A DNA stretch of 54,928 nt from Clostridia bacterium (GCA_003566675.1 PXCI01000070.1:1-54928); one strand, 5' to 3'; shown: positions 10,382 to 19,988, numbered from the stretch's first letter. Notes: generated by a model from the sequence alone, not told the origin. Numbers and translations are program-made.

Positions 10382-10914
10382 TGAAAGAGATTGGAGGAGC
10401 CGCTTCCGGGGAACGTACGGAGATCGTCCTCGCCGGAATCGGTGGGCAGGGCCTGGTCTACCTGGGGAAGCTTCTCGCGGAGGTTGCGGTGGAGGCGGAC
10501 TGGCATGCGGTGCAGACCCAGAGCTACGGGGTGGCGTCACGGGGAGGGTTTACCAAGTCCGAGGTCATCCTTGCCCGGGCGCCCATCGCCAGCCCCATCG
10601 TTGAGCGTCCCAACGCGGTGCTGGCACTGACCGAGGAGGCGCACACCCGGTACAGCGGCAAACTGCCCGAGGGTGCGATGATTGTTTATGATGCCGATGC
10701 CGTTGACAGTGAACCGGTGGCCGGCGAGGTCGGACTGCCCTTCACCACGACGGCCCGTCGTTTGGACCTGATGGGAAGCTACAACGTGCTGGCCCTCGGG
10801 GCCTTCACTGTCATCGCGCAGCTGCTTCCCACCGATGCCGTTCGGGCGCAGCTTTCCGGACAGAACGCTGAGGCCTTCGACGCCGGGGTGTCCCTGGCAC
10901 TGGAAGGGGAGTGA
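10378..10914 (+). CDS. 2-oxoacid:ferredoxin oxidoreductase, gamma subunit
   Basis: IVLAGIGGQGLVYLGKLLAE...QSYGVASRGGFTKSEVIL is a gamma-subunit signature. The start overlaps the beta stop. Confidence 0.8.
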   Translation: MMKEIGGAASGERTEIVLAGIGGQGLVYLGKLLAEVAVEADWHAVQTQSYGVASRGGFTKSEVILARAPIASPIVERPNAVLALTEEAHTRYSGKLPEGAMIVYDADAVDSEPVAGEVGLPFTTTARRLDLMGSYNVLALGAFTVIAQLLPTDAVRAQLSGQNAEAFDAGVSLALEGE

Positions 10915-11903
10915 TCATGGCAAAATTGAGCCCACATGGGCGACAGCTGCACATGGAATCCCTGGTGGTGGATGCTCACGTAGATACCCTGATTGGGGTA
11001 GTCTACGAGCGGCGGTCCCTGGGAGAGCGTTCCGATGAGGGACACGTAGATTTTCCCCGCTTGCAGGAGGGCGGGGTGAATGTTCAGTTCTTCGCCCACT
11101 ACATCGAACCCCAGTTCAAGCCCGATCGGGCCCTGCTCCGGTTTATGCAGATGGCCGATGCGTTCTACCGCGAGATCCAGGCCAACGCCGAGGTTGCGGA
11201 GGTCGCCTACACCGTCGCTGACATCCGGCGGATCACCTCTGAGGGGCGGATCGCGTGCATACTGACCGTGGAGGGAGGGGAAGTCCTGCAGGGAGACCTG
11301 AGTGTGCTCCGGATGCTGCATCGATTGGGAATGCGCAGCCTGGGAATGGTCTGGAATCAGCGCAATGATCTGGCCGACGGCGTCGGAGAGGCCAGAACGG
11401 GCGGGGGACTGACCCATCTTGGTGTCGAAGCGGTCAAGGAGATGGATCGCCTGGGCATTGCAATCGATGTCTCTCACCTGTCGGATCCCGGTTTCTGGGA
11501 CGTCGTTGAGCACGTGGAGGGGCCCTTCATCGCCAGCCACTCCAATGCGCGGGCTGTCTGTCCTCATCCGAGGAACCTGACCGATGATCAGATTAGGGCC
11601 CTGGCAGCTGAGGGTGGGGTCATGGGGATGAACTTCGCCCCGGCCTTTGTGCATCCGGAAGATGCCACCCTGGAAGGGGTACTCGATCACGTGGACCACA
11701 TCGCCGAGCTGGTGGGCATCGATCACATAGGTCTCGGCTCAGATTTTGACGGAATTGGAAGACCCCCCAGGGGCCTGGAGGACGTCACCCGGATGCCGCA
11801 TCTGACCCAGGGCCTGCTTGATCGGGGTTACTCAGACGACCAGGTCCGGGCTATACTGGGAGGCAACTTCCTGCGGGTCCTTGAGCGTGTTTGGGGAGAT
11901 TGA
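10911..11903 (+). CDS. membrane dipeptidase family protein (peptidase M19)
   Basis: VVDAHVDTL, DVSHLSD and ASHSNARAVCPHPRNLTDDQIRAL are M19 signatures. GTG 10911 overlaps the gamma stop; ATG 10917 is an alternative start. Confidence 0.85.
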   Translation: MIMAKLSPHGRQLHMESLVVDAHVDTLIGVVYERRSLGERSDEGHVDFPRLQEGGVNVQFFAHYIEPQFKPDRALLRFMQMADAFYREIQANAEVAEVAYTVADIRRITSEGRIACILTVEGGEVLQGDLSVLRMLHRLGMRSLGMVWNQRNDLADGVGEARTGGGLTHLGVEAVKEMDRLGIAIDVSHLSDPGFWDVVEHVEGPFIASHSNARAVCPHPRNLTDDQIRALAAEGGVMGMNFAPAFVHPEDATLEGVLDHVDHIAELVGIDHIGLGSDFDGIGRPPRGLEDVTRMPHLTQGLLDRGYSDDQVRAILGGNFLRVLERVWGD

Positions 11904-12739
11904 TGCAGGGAACTCGTGCAGACCTCCATGTTCATTCCAATCTTTCCGATGGAATCCTGACGCCGGAAGAACTGGTGCAGAGAGCCCACCTGGCCGGTCT
12001 GGGCTGTATATCGATCTCTGACCACGACAGCACCGCGGGCGTGCAGCGTGCGGTGGACCGGGGGAAAGAACTCGGGGTGCAGGTGATCCCGGGAGTGGAA
12101 CTGGGGGTCTACGTGGAAGGGGGCTCTGGGGTGGCACAGCGCCTCGATGGAGGCGAGGTCCACCTTCTCGGATACGGGATGCGGGGTCCCGCCCTGGATG
12201 CCTTCCTGGAGGGATTGCGAGAGGGGCGTCTTCGTCGCCTCTCTCGCATCCTTGAGCGCCTCGCGGGTCTGCACATGCCCCTCACCGAGGAGGAGGTTCT
12301 CCGGGCCGCAGCGCCCTCCCAGTCGCCGGGAAGGCCCCACATTGCCCGGGTCATGGTGAAACGCGGTTACTGCAGCAGCATCAATGAGGTGTTCTCTCGA
12401 TTTCTCATCCCCGGCAAACCCGGTTACGTGGCCAGGGAGAGGGTAAGCGCTTTGGAGGGCATCGAGGTCATCAAGGAAGCGGGCGGGGTTCCGGTAGTGG
12501 CCCATCCGGGGCTCGGCGGCACCGCCACACCGCTGTTGAAAAGCATGGTGGAGATGGGTGCAGAGGGCATCGAGGTGGTGCACCAGGATCATTCCTTTGA
12601 AGTGGTGCGCAACCTGATCCGCTTCGCCCGTTCGCGACACCTTCTATGCACCGGCGGGTCTGATTTTCACGGGCGCCCCAGCGATCCTCGCCTGGGTGAG
12701 GTCACGATACCGATCTGCTGGGCGCGAGACCTGATCTGA
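11903..12739 (+). CDS. PHP-domain phosphoesterase (TrpH/YciV-like)
   Basis: ADLHVHSNLSDGILTPEELV and ISISDHDS motifs. The ATG at 11903 overlaps the dipeptidase TGA (TGATG). Confidence 0.8.
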   Translation: MQGTRADLHVHSNLSDGILTPEELVQRAHLAGLGCISISDHDSTAGVQRAVDRGKELGVQVIPGVELGVYVEGGSGVAQRLDGGEVHLLGYGMRGPALDAFLEGLREGRLRRLSRILERLAGLHMPLTEEEVLRAAAPSQSPGRPHIARVMVKRGYCSSINEVFSRFLIPGKPGYVARERVSALEGIEVIKEAGGVPVVAHPGLGGTATPLLKSMVEMGAEGIEVVHQDHSFEVVRNLIRFARSRHLLCTGGSDFHGRPSDPRLGEVTIPICWARDLI

Positions 12740-12819
12740 CCTGCCATGGCTCGGGGTTATGAGTCCACTCCCACCGTCATACTATAGAGGGAACTTCCTG
12801 ACGGAGGGATTGGTTCGAG

Positions 12820-13053
12820 ATGGAGTCGAGACCCTGGGGTGTCGATCGAACGATGAGCACGGAAGACTATGTTCTTTCACTGGAACGGCGACTCAGGAAT
12901 CAACGTGAGCAGATATGCAGGTTGAGACGTAGGGGCAGGGTGCTGATGAACCTGCTGGTTGAGATGGGCGCCGGCAGGCAACAGTTTGGGAGCGAGGACG
13001 GGGGCAAGGTCCTCTCTTTTTTCCGTGAAGATCCCACCTCTGAGCGATCCTGA
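12820..13053 (+). CDS. small hypothetical protein with a predicted coiled coil
   Basis: 77-aa ORF with GGAGGG upstream. No family recognised. The start could instead be ATG 12853. Confidence 0.3.
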   Translation: MESRPWGVDRTMSTEDYVLSLERRLRNQREQICRLRRRGRVLMNLLVEMGAGRQQFGSEDGGKVLSFFREDPTSERS

Positions 13054-13079
13054 CAACGGATCACCGGTAGTGGTAAAAT
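13050..13079 (+). promoter_or_regulatory. candidate sigma-A type promoter (CTGACA - 18 nt - TAAAAT, with TGn extension)
   Basis: CTGACA at 13050-13055 and TG-G-TAAAAT at 13071-13079. The tandem repeats start immediately downstream. Confidence 0.35.
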
Positions 13080-13109
13080 GCACCTGTGTTGCACCTGTGT
13101 TGCACCTGG
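13079..13109. repeat. tandem direct repeat, 2.8 copies of the 11-bp unit TGCACCTGTGT
   Basis: TGCACCTGTGT (13079-13089), TGCACCTGTGT (13090-13100), TGCACCTGG (13101-13109). It is directly followed by the GGAGGGAG Shine-Dalgarno and ATG 13125. Confidence 0.85.
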
Positions 13110-13124
13110 AGGGAGCTGGGAGAG

Positions 13125-13634
13125 ATGGCACCGCGGGAAGACGCTGATGTCAACAATAATAATGAGGCAGATTCTTTTATACCCCTGTCAGAACTGGGGC
13201 AGCGGATGGGCATTGGCCCGAAGGCGTTCCGTGCGATTTTGGGTGTGTATTCTGATCTTCTGCCCGTGGTCGAAGTTGGAGAGGAACGGGGCCTGGAGGG
13301 CTCCTGCGTACAGCTGCTTGAGCGCATACATACGCGCACCCTTGAGGGTCATACGGAGGATGAGATCCGATCCGAGCTCGAGCTGTCGAGCGGGATGGAG
13401 GAGACCAGTGCCGCCGTTGATATGCAGGCAGTGGATTCGGAGGGGGAAGTCCTCGAGATCCTGCGGGATCTGCGACAGCAGCTGCAGCGAATGGAGGAGA
13501 AGCGCGCTGAGGACCGGGACAAGCTGATGATGATGCTGCTGCGTACCCAGAAGGAGATGCAGCAGGTGCGCTATGAGTTGGCCAAGACGAGGGGGCGCCG
13601 ACGGAAGGGGCTCTGGAATCGGTCCGGCCGATGA
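13125..13634 (+). CDS. hypothetical protein with a possible N-terminal helix-turn-helix and a C-terminal coiled coil ending in a basic tail
   Basis: The ATG at 13125 has a strong SD. FIPLSELGQRMGIGPKAFRAILG looks HTH-like. LRDLRQQLQRMEEKRAEDRDKLMMMLLRTQKEMQQVRYELAKTRGRRRKG resembles the coiled-coil/basic tail of MerR-type DUF3967-like proteins; that comparison is from memory only. Confidence 0.5.
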   Translation: MAPREDADVNNNNEADSFIPLSELGQRMGIGPKAFRAILGVYSDLLPVVEVGEERGLEGSCVQLLERIHTRTLEGHTEDEIRSELELSSGMEETSAAVDMQAVDSEGEVLEILRDLRQQLQRMEEKRAEDRDKLMMMLLRTQKEMQQVRYELAKTRGRRRKGLWNRSGR

Positions 13635-13650
13635 TCGGTTTACAGGAAGG

Positions 13651-15783
13651 GTGACACATGTGCGGGATTTATCGACGCTGTACAGGCCTGAATCCGTGGC
13701 GATCATTGGGGCCTCGGGCACCCGGGGCAAGATCGGCAATGCGGTGGTCAGAAACATCATTGAATCCGGGTACGGTGGAGGCATCTACCCAGTTAATCCC
13801 AAAAGCGATATCATTGAGGGTTTAAAGTGTTACCCCAGCGTCTCTGACATACCTGGGCACGTCGACCAGGCGGTGATGTGCATTCCGGCTCCCTTGGTGG
13901 CAGAGGCCATGCGAGAGTGCGGTCGTGCGGGAGTGAAGTCCGTTGTCACCATCACCGCGGGTTTCCGGGAGGTCAGTCCCGCCGGTGCAAAGATGGAACG
14001 GGAGATTGCGGATATCGCCGACGAGTACGGCATGAACATGATGGGACCGAACTGCCTGGGAGTGATGGCCACCCACACGCCTCTGAACGCATCCTTTTCA
14101 GATGGTTTCCCGCTGAAGGGAAACATCGCGTTTTTCTCCCAGTCCGGTGCGCTGTGCATAGCGATCGTGGACTGGGGACGCGAGCAGGGCCTGGGCTTCA
14201 GCAAGTTCATCAGCATGGGCAACAAGGCCGATCTTGACGAGGCCGATTTCATCGCCGACGCGGCTCAGGATCCCGAGACCCGCGTGATATTGCTCTACCT
14301 GGAGAGTATAGAAGACGGACAGGCTTTCATGAAGGCCGCGGCCGAGGCAGCCCGCGAAAAGCCTGTCGTGGTGGTCAAGTCGGGGGTCAGCGAGGCAGGG
14401 GCGAGGGCGGCATCCTCGCATACCGGGGCCCTGGCCGGTGCCGACGCAGGATTTGAGGCAGCCTTCAAGCAGAGTGGCGTCTTGCGCGCTCGTGCCATGG
14501 AGGAGCAGTTCGTCAAGGCGGTGGCCTTTGCCCGGGAGGGAGTTCTAGCCGGGGGGCGGCGCGTGGCCATTGTCACCAACTCGGGAGGCCCGGGGGTGAT
14601 GGCTGTTGATGCCATCGAGGCCGGGGGACTCAAAGTGGCAGCCTTCAGCGAGGAGACAACGGCGACACTGAAGGCCGGCCTTGCCGGCATAGCCAGCGTG
14701 GGGAATCCGGTGGATGTGACGGGGCAGGCCTCGGACCTGGACTATCGCGTGGCCCTGGAGAGCTGCTGCTCGGATCCGGGCGTCGATATGCTCATGACCG
14801 TACTGGCTCCCACGGCGGTTCTCGACTCCGTTGCCGTGGCGGAACACGTTCTCGAGGTCAGCCGAATGTACCCCGAGACGCCCGTTGTCGCATCCTTCAC
14901 AGGAGGAGAGAGTGTGCAGGAGGCAATCGGGATCCTGCGGGCAGAGCGGATCCCCTGTTTCCAGTTTCCCGAGGCGGCGGTGCACTGTCTTTACACCATG
15001 ATAGAATACCAGGAGGTTCGAAGGCGGCTGGAGAAGGGGAAGCCGTTGACCTTCACCGGCGACGCGGTCCGGGTCCAGGAGGTTATCGATCGGGTGCGCT
15101 CTGATGGGCGCAGCGTTATGCTCGGTCCCGAGGCCATGGCTGTGGCCGAAGCCTACGGCATCAGCACGGTTCCATCCAGGCTGGCGACGTCAGCTGCCGA
15201 GGCGGCTGAGCAGGCCGCCGAGATGGGATTCCCGGTGGTGCTGAAGGTGGCGTCTCCGGAGATCATCCACAAGACGGACATCGGTGGGGTCCAGCTCGGG
15301 CTTGAGGATCGGAGCGCCGTCGACAGGGCTTATGCGTCGATCATGGAGGGTGCGGAGCGAGGCGCCAAGGGTGCTCGGGTATACGGTGTCGAGGTCCAGA
15401 AGATGTTCCCTTCCGGTCAGGAGCTCATTGTCGGGCTCTCGAAGAATGCCGAATTTGGGCCCCTGCTGATGTTCGGGCTCGGCGGGATCTTCGTGGACCT
15501 GATGAAGGATGTGTCCTTCCGGCTGGCCGAGGGGTTGACCGATGTGGATGTCAGCGAGATGATTCGCGAGACCAAGGCCTACGACCTTCTCGGCGGTTAC
15601 AGGGGAGAGGCACCTAAGGACATGGAGGCCGTGGAGGAGACCGTGGCCCGGGTGGCCCAATTGGCCCGGGATTTTGACGAGATTGAAGAGTTGGACATCA
15701 ACCCCTTCTTCGCTTACGAGCAGGGAGTCGCAGCCCTGGATGTGAAGATCACACTTTCTCAGAAGGAGGATGCAGGTCTATGA
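13651..15783 (+). CDS. acetate--CoA ligase (ADP-forming) / NDP-forming acyl-CoA synthetase, fused alpha-beta
   Basis: CoA-binding N-terminus (PESVAIIGASGTRGKIGN), catalytic His loop AASSHTGALAG, C-terminal ATP-grasp (GFPVVLKVASPEIIHKTDIGGV). GTG 13651 is chosen because it lies after the previous stop (13634) and is preceded by AGGAAGG. Confidence 0.85.
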   Translation: MTHVRDLSTLYRPESVAIIGASGTRGKIGNAVVRNIIESGYGGGIYPVNPKSDIIEGLKCYPSVSDIPGHVDQAVMCIPAPLVAEAMRECGRAGVKSVVTITAGFREVSPAGAKMEREIADIADEYGMNMMGPNCLGVMATHTPLNASFSDGFPLKGNIAFFSQSGALCIAIVDWGREQGLGFSKFISMGNKADLDEADFIADAAQDPETRVILLYLESIEDGQAFMKAAAEAAREKPVVVVKSGVSEAGARAASSHTGALAGADAGFEAAFKQSGVLRARAMEEQFVKAVAFAREGVLAGGRRVAIVTNSGGPGVMAVDAIEAGGLKVAAFSEETTATLKAGLAGIASVGNPVDVTGQASDLDYRVALESCCSDPGVDMLMTVLAPTAVLDSVAVAEHVLEVSRMYPETPVVASFTGGESVQEAIGILRAERIPCFQFPEAAVHCLYTMIEYQEVRRRLEKGKPLTFTGDAVRVQEVIDRVRSDGRSVMLGPEAMAVAEAYGISTVPSRLATSAAEAAEQAAEMGFPVVLKVASPEIIHKTDIGGVQLGLEDRSAVDRAYASIMEGAERGAKGARVYGVEVQKMFPSGQELIVGLSKNAEFGPLLMFGLGGIFVDLMKDVSFRLAEGLTDVDVSEMIRETKAYDLLGGYRGEAPKDMEAVEETVARVAQLARDFDEIEELDINPFFAYEQGVAALDVKITLSQKEDAGL

Positions 15784-16016
15784 AGATCGAGGTACTCGGA
15801 CCGGGTTGTCCCAAGTGCAAAAAGACGGAGGAGGTTCTCCGCGAGGCAGCCCGTGAGACCAGGGCAGATGTTGAACTGACCCACGTCACCGACATAGCGA
15901 CGATTTCAGAACGGGGAGTGTTCATGACTCCCGGCGTCGTGATAGATGAAGAGATTGTATCCGAGGGAAAGGTGCCCACTGCGGAGCAGGCCAGAGAGTG
16001 GCTGCGGAGGGCGTAA
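15780..16016 (+). CDS. small thioredoxin-fold redox-active disulfide protein (glutaredoxin-like, CxxC)
   Basis: 78 aa, MKIEVLGPGCPKCKKT ... TPGVVIDEEIV. The ATG overlaps the previous stop (ATGA). Confidence 0.8.
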   Translation: MKIEVLGPGCPKCKKTEEVLREAARETRADVELTHVTDIATISERGVFMTPGVVIDEEIVSEGKVPTAEQAREWLRRA

Positions 16017-16025
16017 GGGGGCAGG

Positions 16026-16055
16026 GCGGGGGCTTGGACCCCCGCTCGTTATTTC
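16026..16055 (+). terminator. rho-independent terminator
   Basis: GCGGGGG-CTTGGA-CCCCCGC followed by TCGTTATTTC. Confidence 0.6.
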
Positions 16056-16189
16056 AACGAAGAAGACGTGTCCGTCACCAATTTCATGTGGCAGTGAGTC
16101 GAGCTGGTCAGTTGCTGCAGCTTTTCCCACGATCCGGTGACGGCAGGATCTTCGTGGAGTTGTCAACATGGGCCGAGAGGAGAATCCCT

Positions 16190-16990
16190 ATGTCAGAATG
16201 GCAGGACCTGAACGACAGCACCCGATCGACCTGGGAGACCAATGCTGCACATTGGGACGGGTTCATGGGTGACGAGGGAAATCGTTTTCACCTGGACCTG
16301 GTTCGGCCCGCCACGGAGAGACTCCTGGATATTAGGCCGGGGCAGCGAGTCCTTGATGTGGCCTGCGGAAACGGCAACTTCTCGAGAAGGCTGGCCGAGC
16401 TGGGCGCTGAGGTCCTGGGCATCGATTTCAGCCCTACCCTCATCGATCACGCCCGGGCCAGGTCCGGGGGATGCGGGGAGAACCCACATTACCAGGTGGT
16501 CGATGCCACCGACTATGCTGCCCTTGTTTCCCTGGGAGCGGCGGACTTCGATGCGGCCGTAGCCAACATGGCATTGATGGATATCAGCAACCTGCGCCCT
16601 TTAACTGCGGCACTGCCCGGGCTGCTGAGGCCGGGCGCCGCCTTCGTCTTTTCTGTTTCTCACCCCTGCTTTCAAACGCCGGGTGGCAGGAGAATCTACG
16701 AGGAGCAGGATGTGGACGGGCAACCGGTGACACAGAGCTTCGTACAGGTCGGACAGTACATCACTCCGAAATCCCATGCGGGCATGGCCATTCCCAATGA
16801 ACCCGTACCCTCGAGGTATTTCCACCGGCCGCTGTCAACGATGCTGCAGATGTTCTTTGAACAGGGTTTTGTTCTTGATGGCATGCATGAACCCGTTTTC
16901 GAACGGGACAGTCAAGGGCTGGGATTTCAGTGGACGGATGTACCGCCGGTGATGGTTTGTCGCGTCAGAACAACAACCCCACCTCATTGA
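16190..16990 (+). CDS. class I SAM-dependent methyltransferase
   Basis: VLDVACGNGNFSRRLAELGAEVLGIDFS is motif I. The ATG at 16190 has a GAGAGGAG SD. The upstream part of ORF 15998 overlaps the terminator. Confidence 0.8.
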   Translation: MSEWQDLNDSTRSTWETNAAHWDGFMGDEGNRFHLDLVRPATERLLDIRPGQRVLDVACGNGNFSRRLAELGAEVLGIDFSPTLIDHARARSGGCGENPHYQVVDATDYAALVSLGAADFDAAVANMALMDISNLRPLTAALPGLLRPGAAFVFSVSHPCFQTPGGRRIYEEQDVDGQPVTQSFVQVGQYITPKSHAGMAIPNEPVPSRYFHRPLSTMLQMFFEQGFVLDGMHEPVFERDSQGLGFQWTDVPPVMVCRVRTTTPPH

Positions 16991-17324
16991 TGATCCAGTC
17001 TTATCAAGGTTGCCGTGGTACGATCTGGGATTTCGCATGAACCTGTCCCCTGCATGATCGAAGGCGGACCGGTGCCATTTTCGGGGGCCCAGTCATGGCC
17101 CACAATCCGGTGGGTACGCGGTGTTTACGTGGCATAGGATTGCAGCGAGGAGAGGGAGATGCTCCGGTGGGGCGATTTCGAGGGAGCTCGTCCAGGATGA
17201 GAGCGTTCGTCTCTTCGTGACAGATGTCTCCCCAAGCATCGGCCCGCAGGAGATGGTCCCCTCCCGCGGGCCGACATGTTGCTGAGGATCTGATATGTGG
17301 TTGTCTTGGTTGACGTGCCTATTT

Positions 17325-18308
17325 CTACTCGGACTCGTCGGTGCCGATCATGACTTCCATACCGTCGCTGACGAGGCTCAGTGTGTTGTCAATGGTGTAG
17401 CCGTAACCGGGGACGGTGATCACCACAGCACCCTCTGGAAGATCGTCCCTGAGTTCGCCGGAGATGGTGATGCTTCCATCGCTACCGACGATACCTTCTT
17501 CAACACTTGGATCCACGAAGGTCTCATCGCCGAAGAAGGGGAAACCGGGACCTCCGGTGTGAATCCGTACGTGAATCAGCTGGCGGGTGAGAGGCTCCAA
17601 TCCCCTGACAGTGAACTCGAGGGTGTCACCGGGAGCGTAGAAGGCCTTCTCCAGGTCGTCGACGGTTATCTCGTACTCGTCCGGATCAATGTCGATCTCC
17701 TTGAGGGGCACCAGATTGCCGGCAAGGGCGATGAGCAACATGTCTTCATCATCACCGATGATGGTGTCGATGAGGGTTTCCTCGCCGCCGACGGGAACCT
17801 GCATCAGGGCATCCCAGGTGTGATCGACCAGGTCGGCCCGAATGAGGGCGGTCGCGTTGTCGAGGTCCTCGTTGTCGACCCAGGTGTCGCCCTTGCCCAG
17901 GGCCCGGTCGAACCAGGTCTGCATCTGCCTCTCGGTGACGTCCATGTCGTTTCCGAACCGGTTATCGCCGACACCGTATGTTATTTCCATGTTGACTGCG
18001 TATGCCACGTGGGGCTCGGCCCATTCGGGCACGTCCTCAAAGCCGCTTACCCCTTCTGCGTCCCAGTCCTCGGAATTGACCCAGTTCAGGGCCCGGGCGA
18101 CCATCACCATGGCCGCAGCCCTGTCCGTGGCGCCTTCCAGGTTCGGGGTGAAGACGTCGAGGTCTACTCCCAGAAACAGGTCGAGTTCATGAAGAACTTC
18201 GGCCTTTCTCTCTGTCGTCAGTGTGTCGTCTGCGAAGGCGAGTGACACGGACGCCAGGGTTAACGCTACCACCAGTGCAACCGTCAAAAATCGTTTTGAA
18301 AATCCCAT
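17325..18308 (-). CDS. secreted SLH (S-layer homology) domain protein
   Basis: Signal peptide MGFSKRFLTVALVVALTLASVSLAFA. SLH-like segment FEDVPEWAEPHVAYAVNMEITYGVGDNRFGNDMDVTERQM. GGAGGAGG SD upstream on the minus strand. Confidence 0.65.
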   Translation of the reverse strand: MGFSKRFLTVALVVALTLASVSLAFADDTLTTERKAEVLHELDLFLGVDLDVFTPNLEGATDRAAAMVMVARALNWVNSEDWDAEGVSGFEDVPEWAEPHVAYAVNMEITYGVGDNRFGNDMDVTERQMQTWFDRALGKGDTWVDNEDLDNATALIRADLVDHTWDALMQVPVGGEETLIDTIIGDDEDMLLIALAGNLVPLKEIDIDPDEYEITVDDLEKAFYAPGDTLEFTVRGLEPLTRQLIHVRIHTGGPGFPFFGDETFVDPSVEEGIVGSDGSITISGELRDDLPEGAVVITVPGYGYTIDNTLSLVSDGMEVMIGTDESE

Positions 18309-18857
18309 TTACTACCTCCTCCTAATGTTGGTTTGCAGACTTTGCCGATGCGCCACCAGGTTATGGTAATGACCAGCACAGCCCTAACTTTACTTATTCG
18401 CCTCGAGCCTGGGTTTTTCCTGCTTACCTGGCTGGACTTGAGACTTGCCCCTGCCAGGCGTTTCGAATGCATGGGCTGGTAACTCCGGTCATTCAGAGTC
18501 GGATCTCTGCAGGTAATCATTTTTGCGGGCAATCCCTTCAACAACCAGCTGCAGAGGCGTAGATGGCCTACCAGCATGAGCAACAAGATGCAGATTTCCC
18601 TCGTTGTCGTCCTTACCCATCGGGGAGCAACACTCTGGCGAGATAGTACGGTAGCATGGCCTTTCCGATCCAGGAGTTCCATATAGCACTCACGTGCCCC
18701 CGGTGTTTGAAGGTTTGCGCGTGCTGGAGGCGAAGGGACTACCTGGTCAAGGCGTACGTAGCGACCCATGCTCTGGGCGGCACAACACCGCTGGAGATCT
18801 TGCATGCGTTTGAGAGCGTTGTCCAAATCGACTCCATATCCGAGAGGGGAATGAAGA

Positions 18858-19679
18858 ATGAGCCTTGATTTCACTGGCAAGGCAGTAATCATAACGGGAG
18901 CAGCCCGGGGGATCGGGCGGACCATGGTCAGGACCTTTCACGATGCCGGGGCCATGGTCCTGGCGGCGGATCGGGATGCCGAGGGGTTGGCCGAGACCTG
19001 CGAGTTCTTTGAGGCAAGGATCGCCTCCATCGTCGCCGACATCAGCACCCCGGAGGAGGCCAGGTCGATCGTGGAGAAGTGCGTCGATGAGTTCGGACGA
19101 CTGGACATTTGTGTCAACAACGCTGCAGTGGCGCCCCACGCTGCCCTTCTGGAAGAGACAGTTGAGGTCTGGGACACGGTGTATGCCGTCAACTGTCGCG
19201 GCACTTTCCTCATGACCCAGGCAGCGGCTCGAGCGATGATTGATGGCGGTCGCGAGGGTCGAATCATCAACTTCTCCTCGGGAGTTTCCAAGCGTGGTTC
19301 CGCAGGAGCGGCCGCCTACGCTTCCAGTCGGGCAGCCGTGGAGAGTTTTACCCGGGTTGCAGCCATCGAGCTGGCGCCTCACAACATATTGGTCAACGCC
19401 GTCAGCCCCGGTCTCATTGACACGCAGCCAAAGCCGCTACCGCCCAGGATGGCTCAAGGCCTGAGCAAGCGGATTCCGACGCTGCCCCTGGCGCGTCCAG
19501 GTGAGCCCGAAGAGGTTGCCTGGGTCACCATGTTCTTGGCCTCGGAGTATTCCGGCTATGTTTGTGGTGCGGTCTGGGAGGTTGATGGAGCCGCTGGCAT
19601 CGGCACCAGGGCCGGCGACCCCATCATCGATGACGACCCCCGGTACGACTGGGTGACGAGCAGAGAATCCGACAGCTGA
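18858..19679 (+). CDS. SDR-family oxidoreductase (FabG-like)
   Basis: TGAARGIGR glycine motif, NNAA, catalytic YASSRAA (YxxxK-type position), PGLIDT. Confidence 0.9.
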   Translation: MSLDFTGKAVIITGAARGIGRTMVRTFHDAGAMVLAADRDAEGLAETCEFFEARIASIVADISTPEEARSIVEKCVDEFGRLDICVNNAAVAPHAALLEETVEVWDTVYAVNCRGTFLMTQAAARAMIDGGREGRIINFSSGVSKRGSAGAAAYASSRAAVESFTRVAAIELAPHNILVNAVSPGLIDTQPKPLPPRMAQGLSKRIPTLPLARPGEPEEVAWVTMFLASEYSGYVCGAVWEVDGAAGIGTRAGDPIIDDDPRYDWVTSRESDS

Positions 19680-19988
19680 GCCTGTATCGGTCGCTGCAAT
19701 AGGAGGCATAGCTTGACCGAGAAGACTTGTCGAAAAGCTTTGGGATGAGATCAGGGTTGGTGGGACGGCGGGGGGCGATATCGTTGTTCCCGTGGGCGAG
19801 GTGGGGGAGGGAGGGCCCCATGGCCTCATAGCGGCTGGCCTTCATGGCGACGAGGGACCTGGGGTGCCTGGGCCACCCGAAAGATTCTGGACAGGATCCC
19901 CTCCGGGATCTCCGGGGCTGGGCGCGGGTCCATCACGACAACATTGCGATATCCTCGGATGTTCTACGAACTCCGGGGAAGCCAGACC

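Noticed and set aside
17295-18245. 316-aa plus-strand ORF opposite the SLH gene.
   Set aside because: The minus-strand frame has a classical signal peptide, an SLH-like motif and a strong SD. The plus-strand translation is a repetitive Gly/Val/Asp-rich mirror with no start context.
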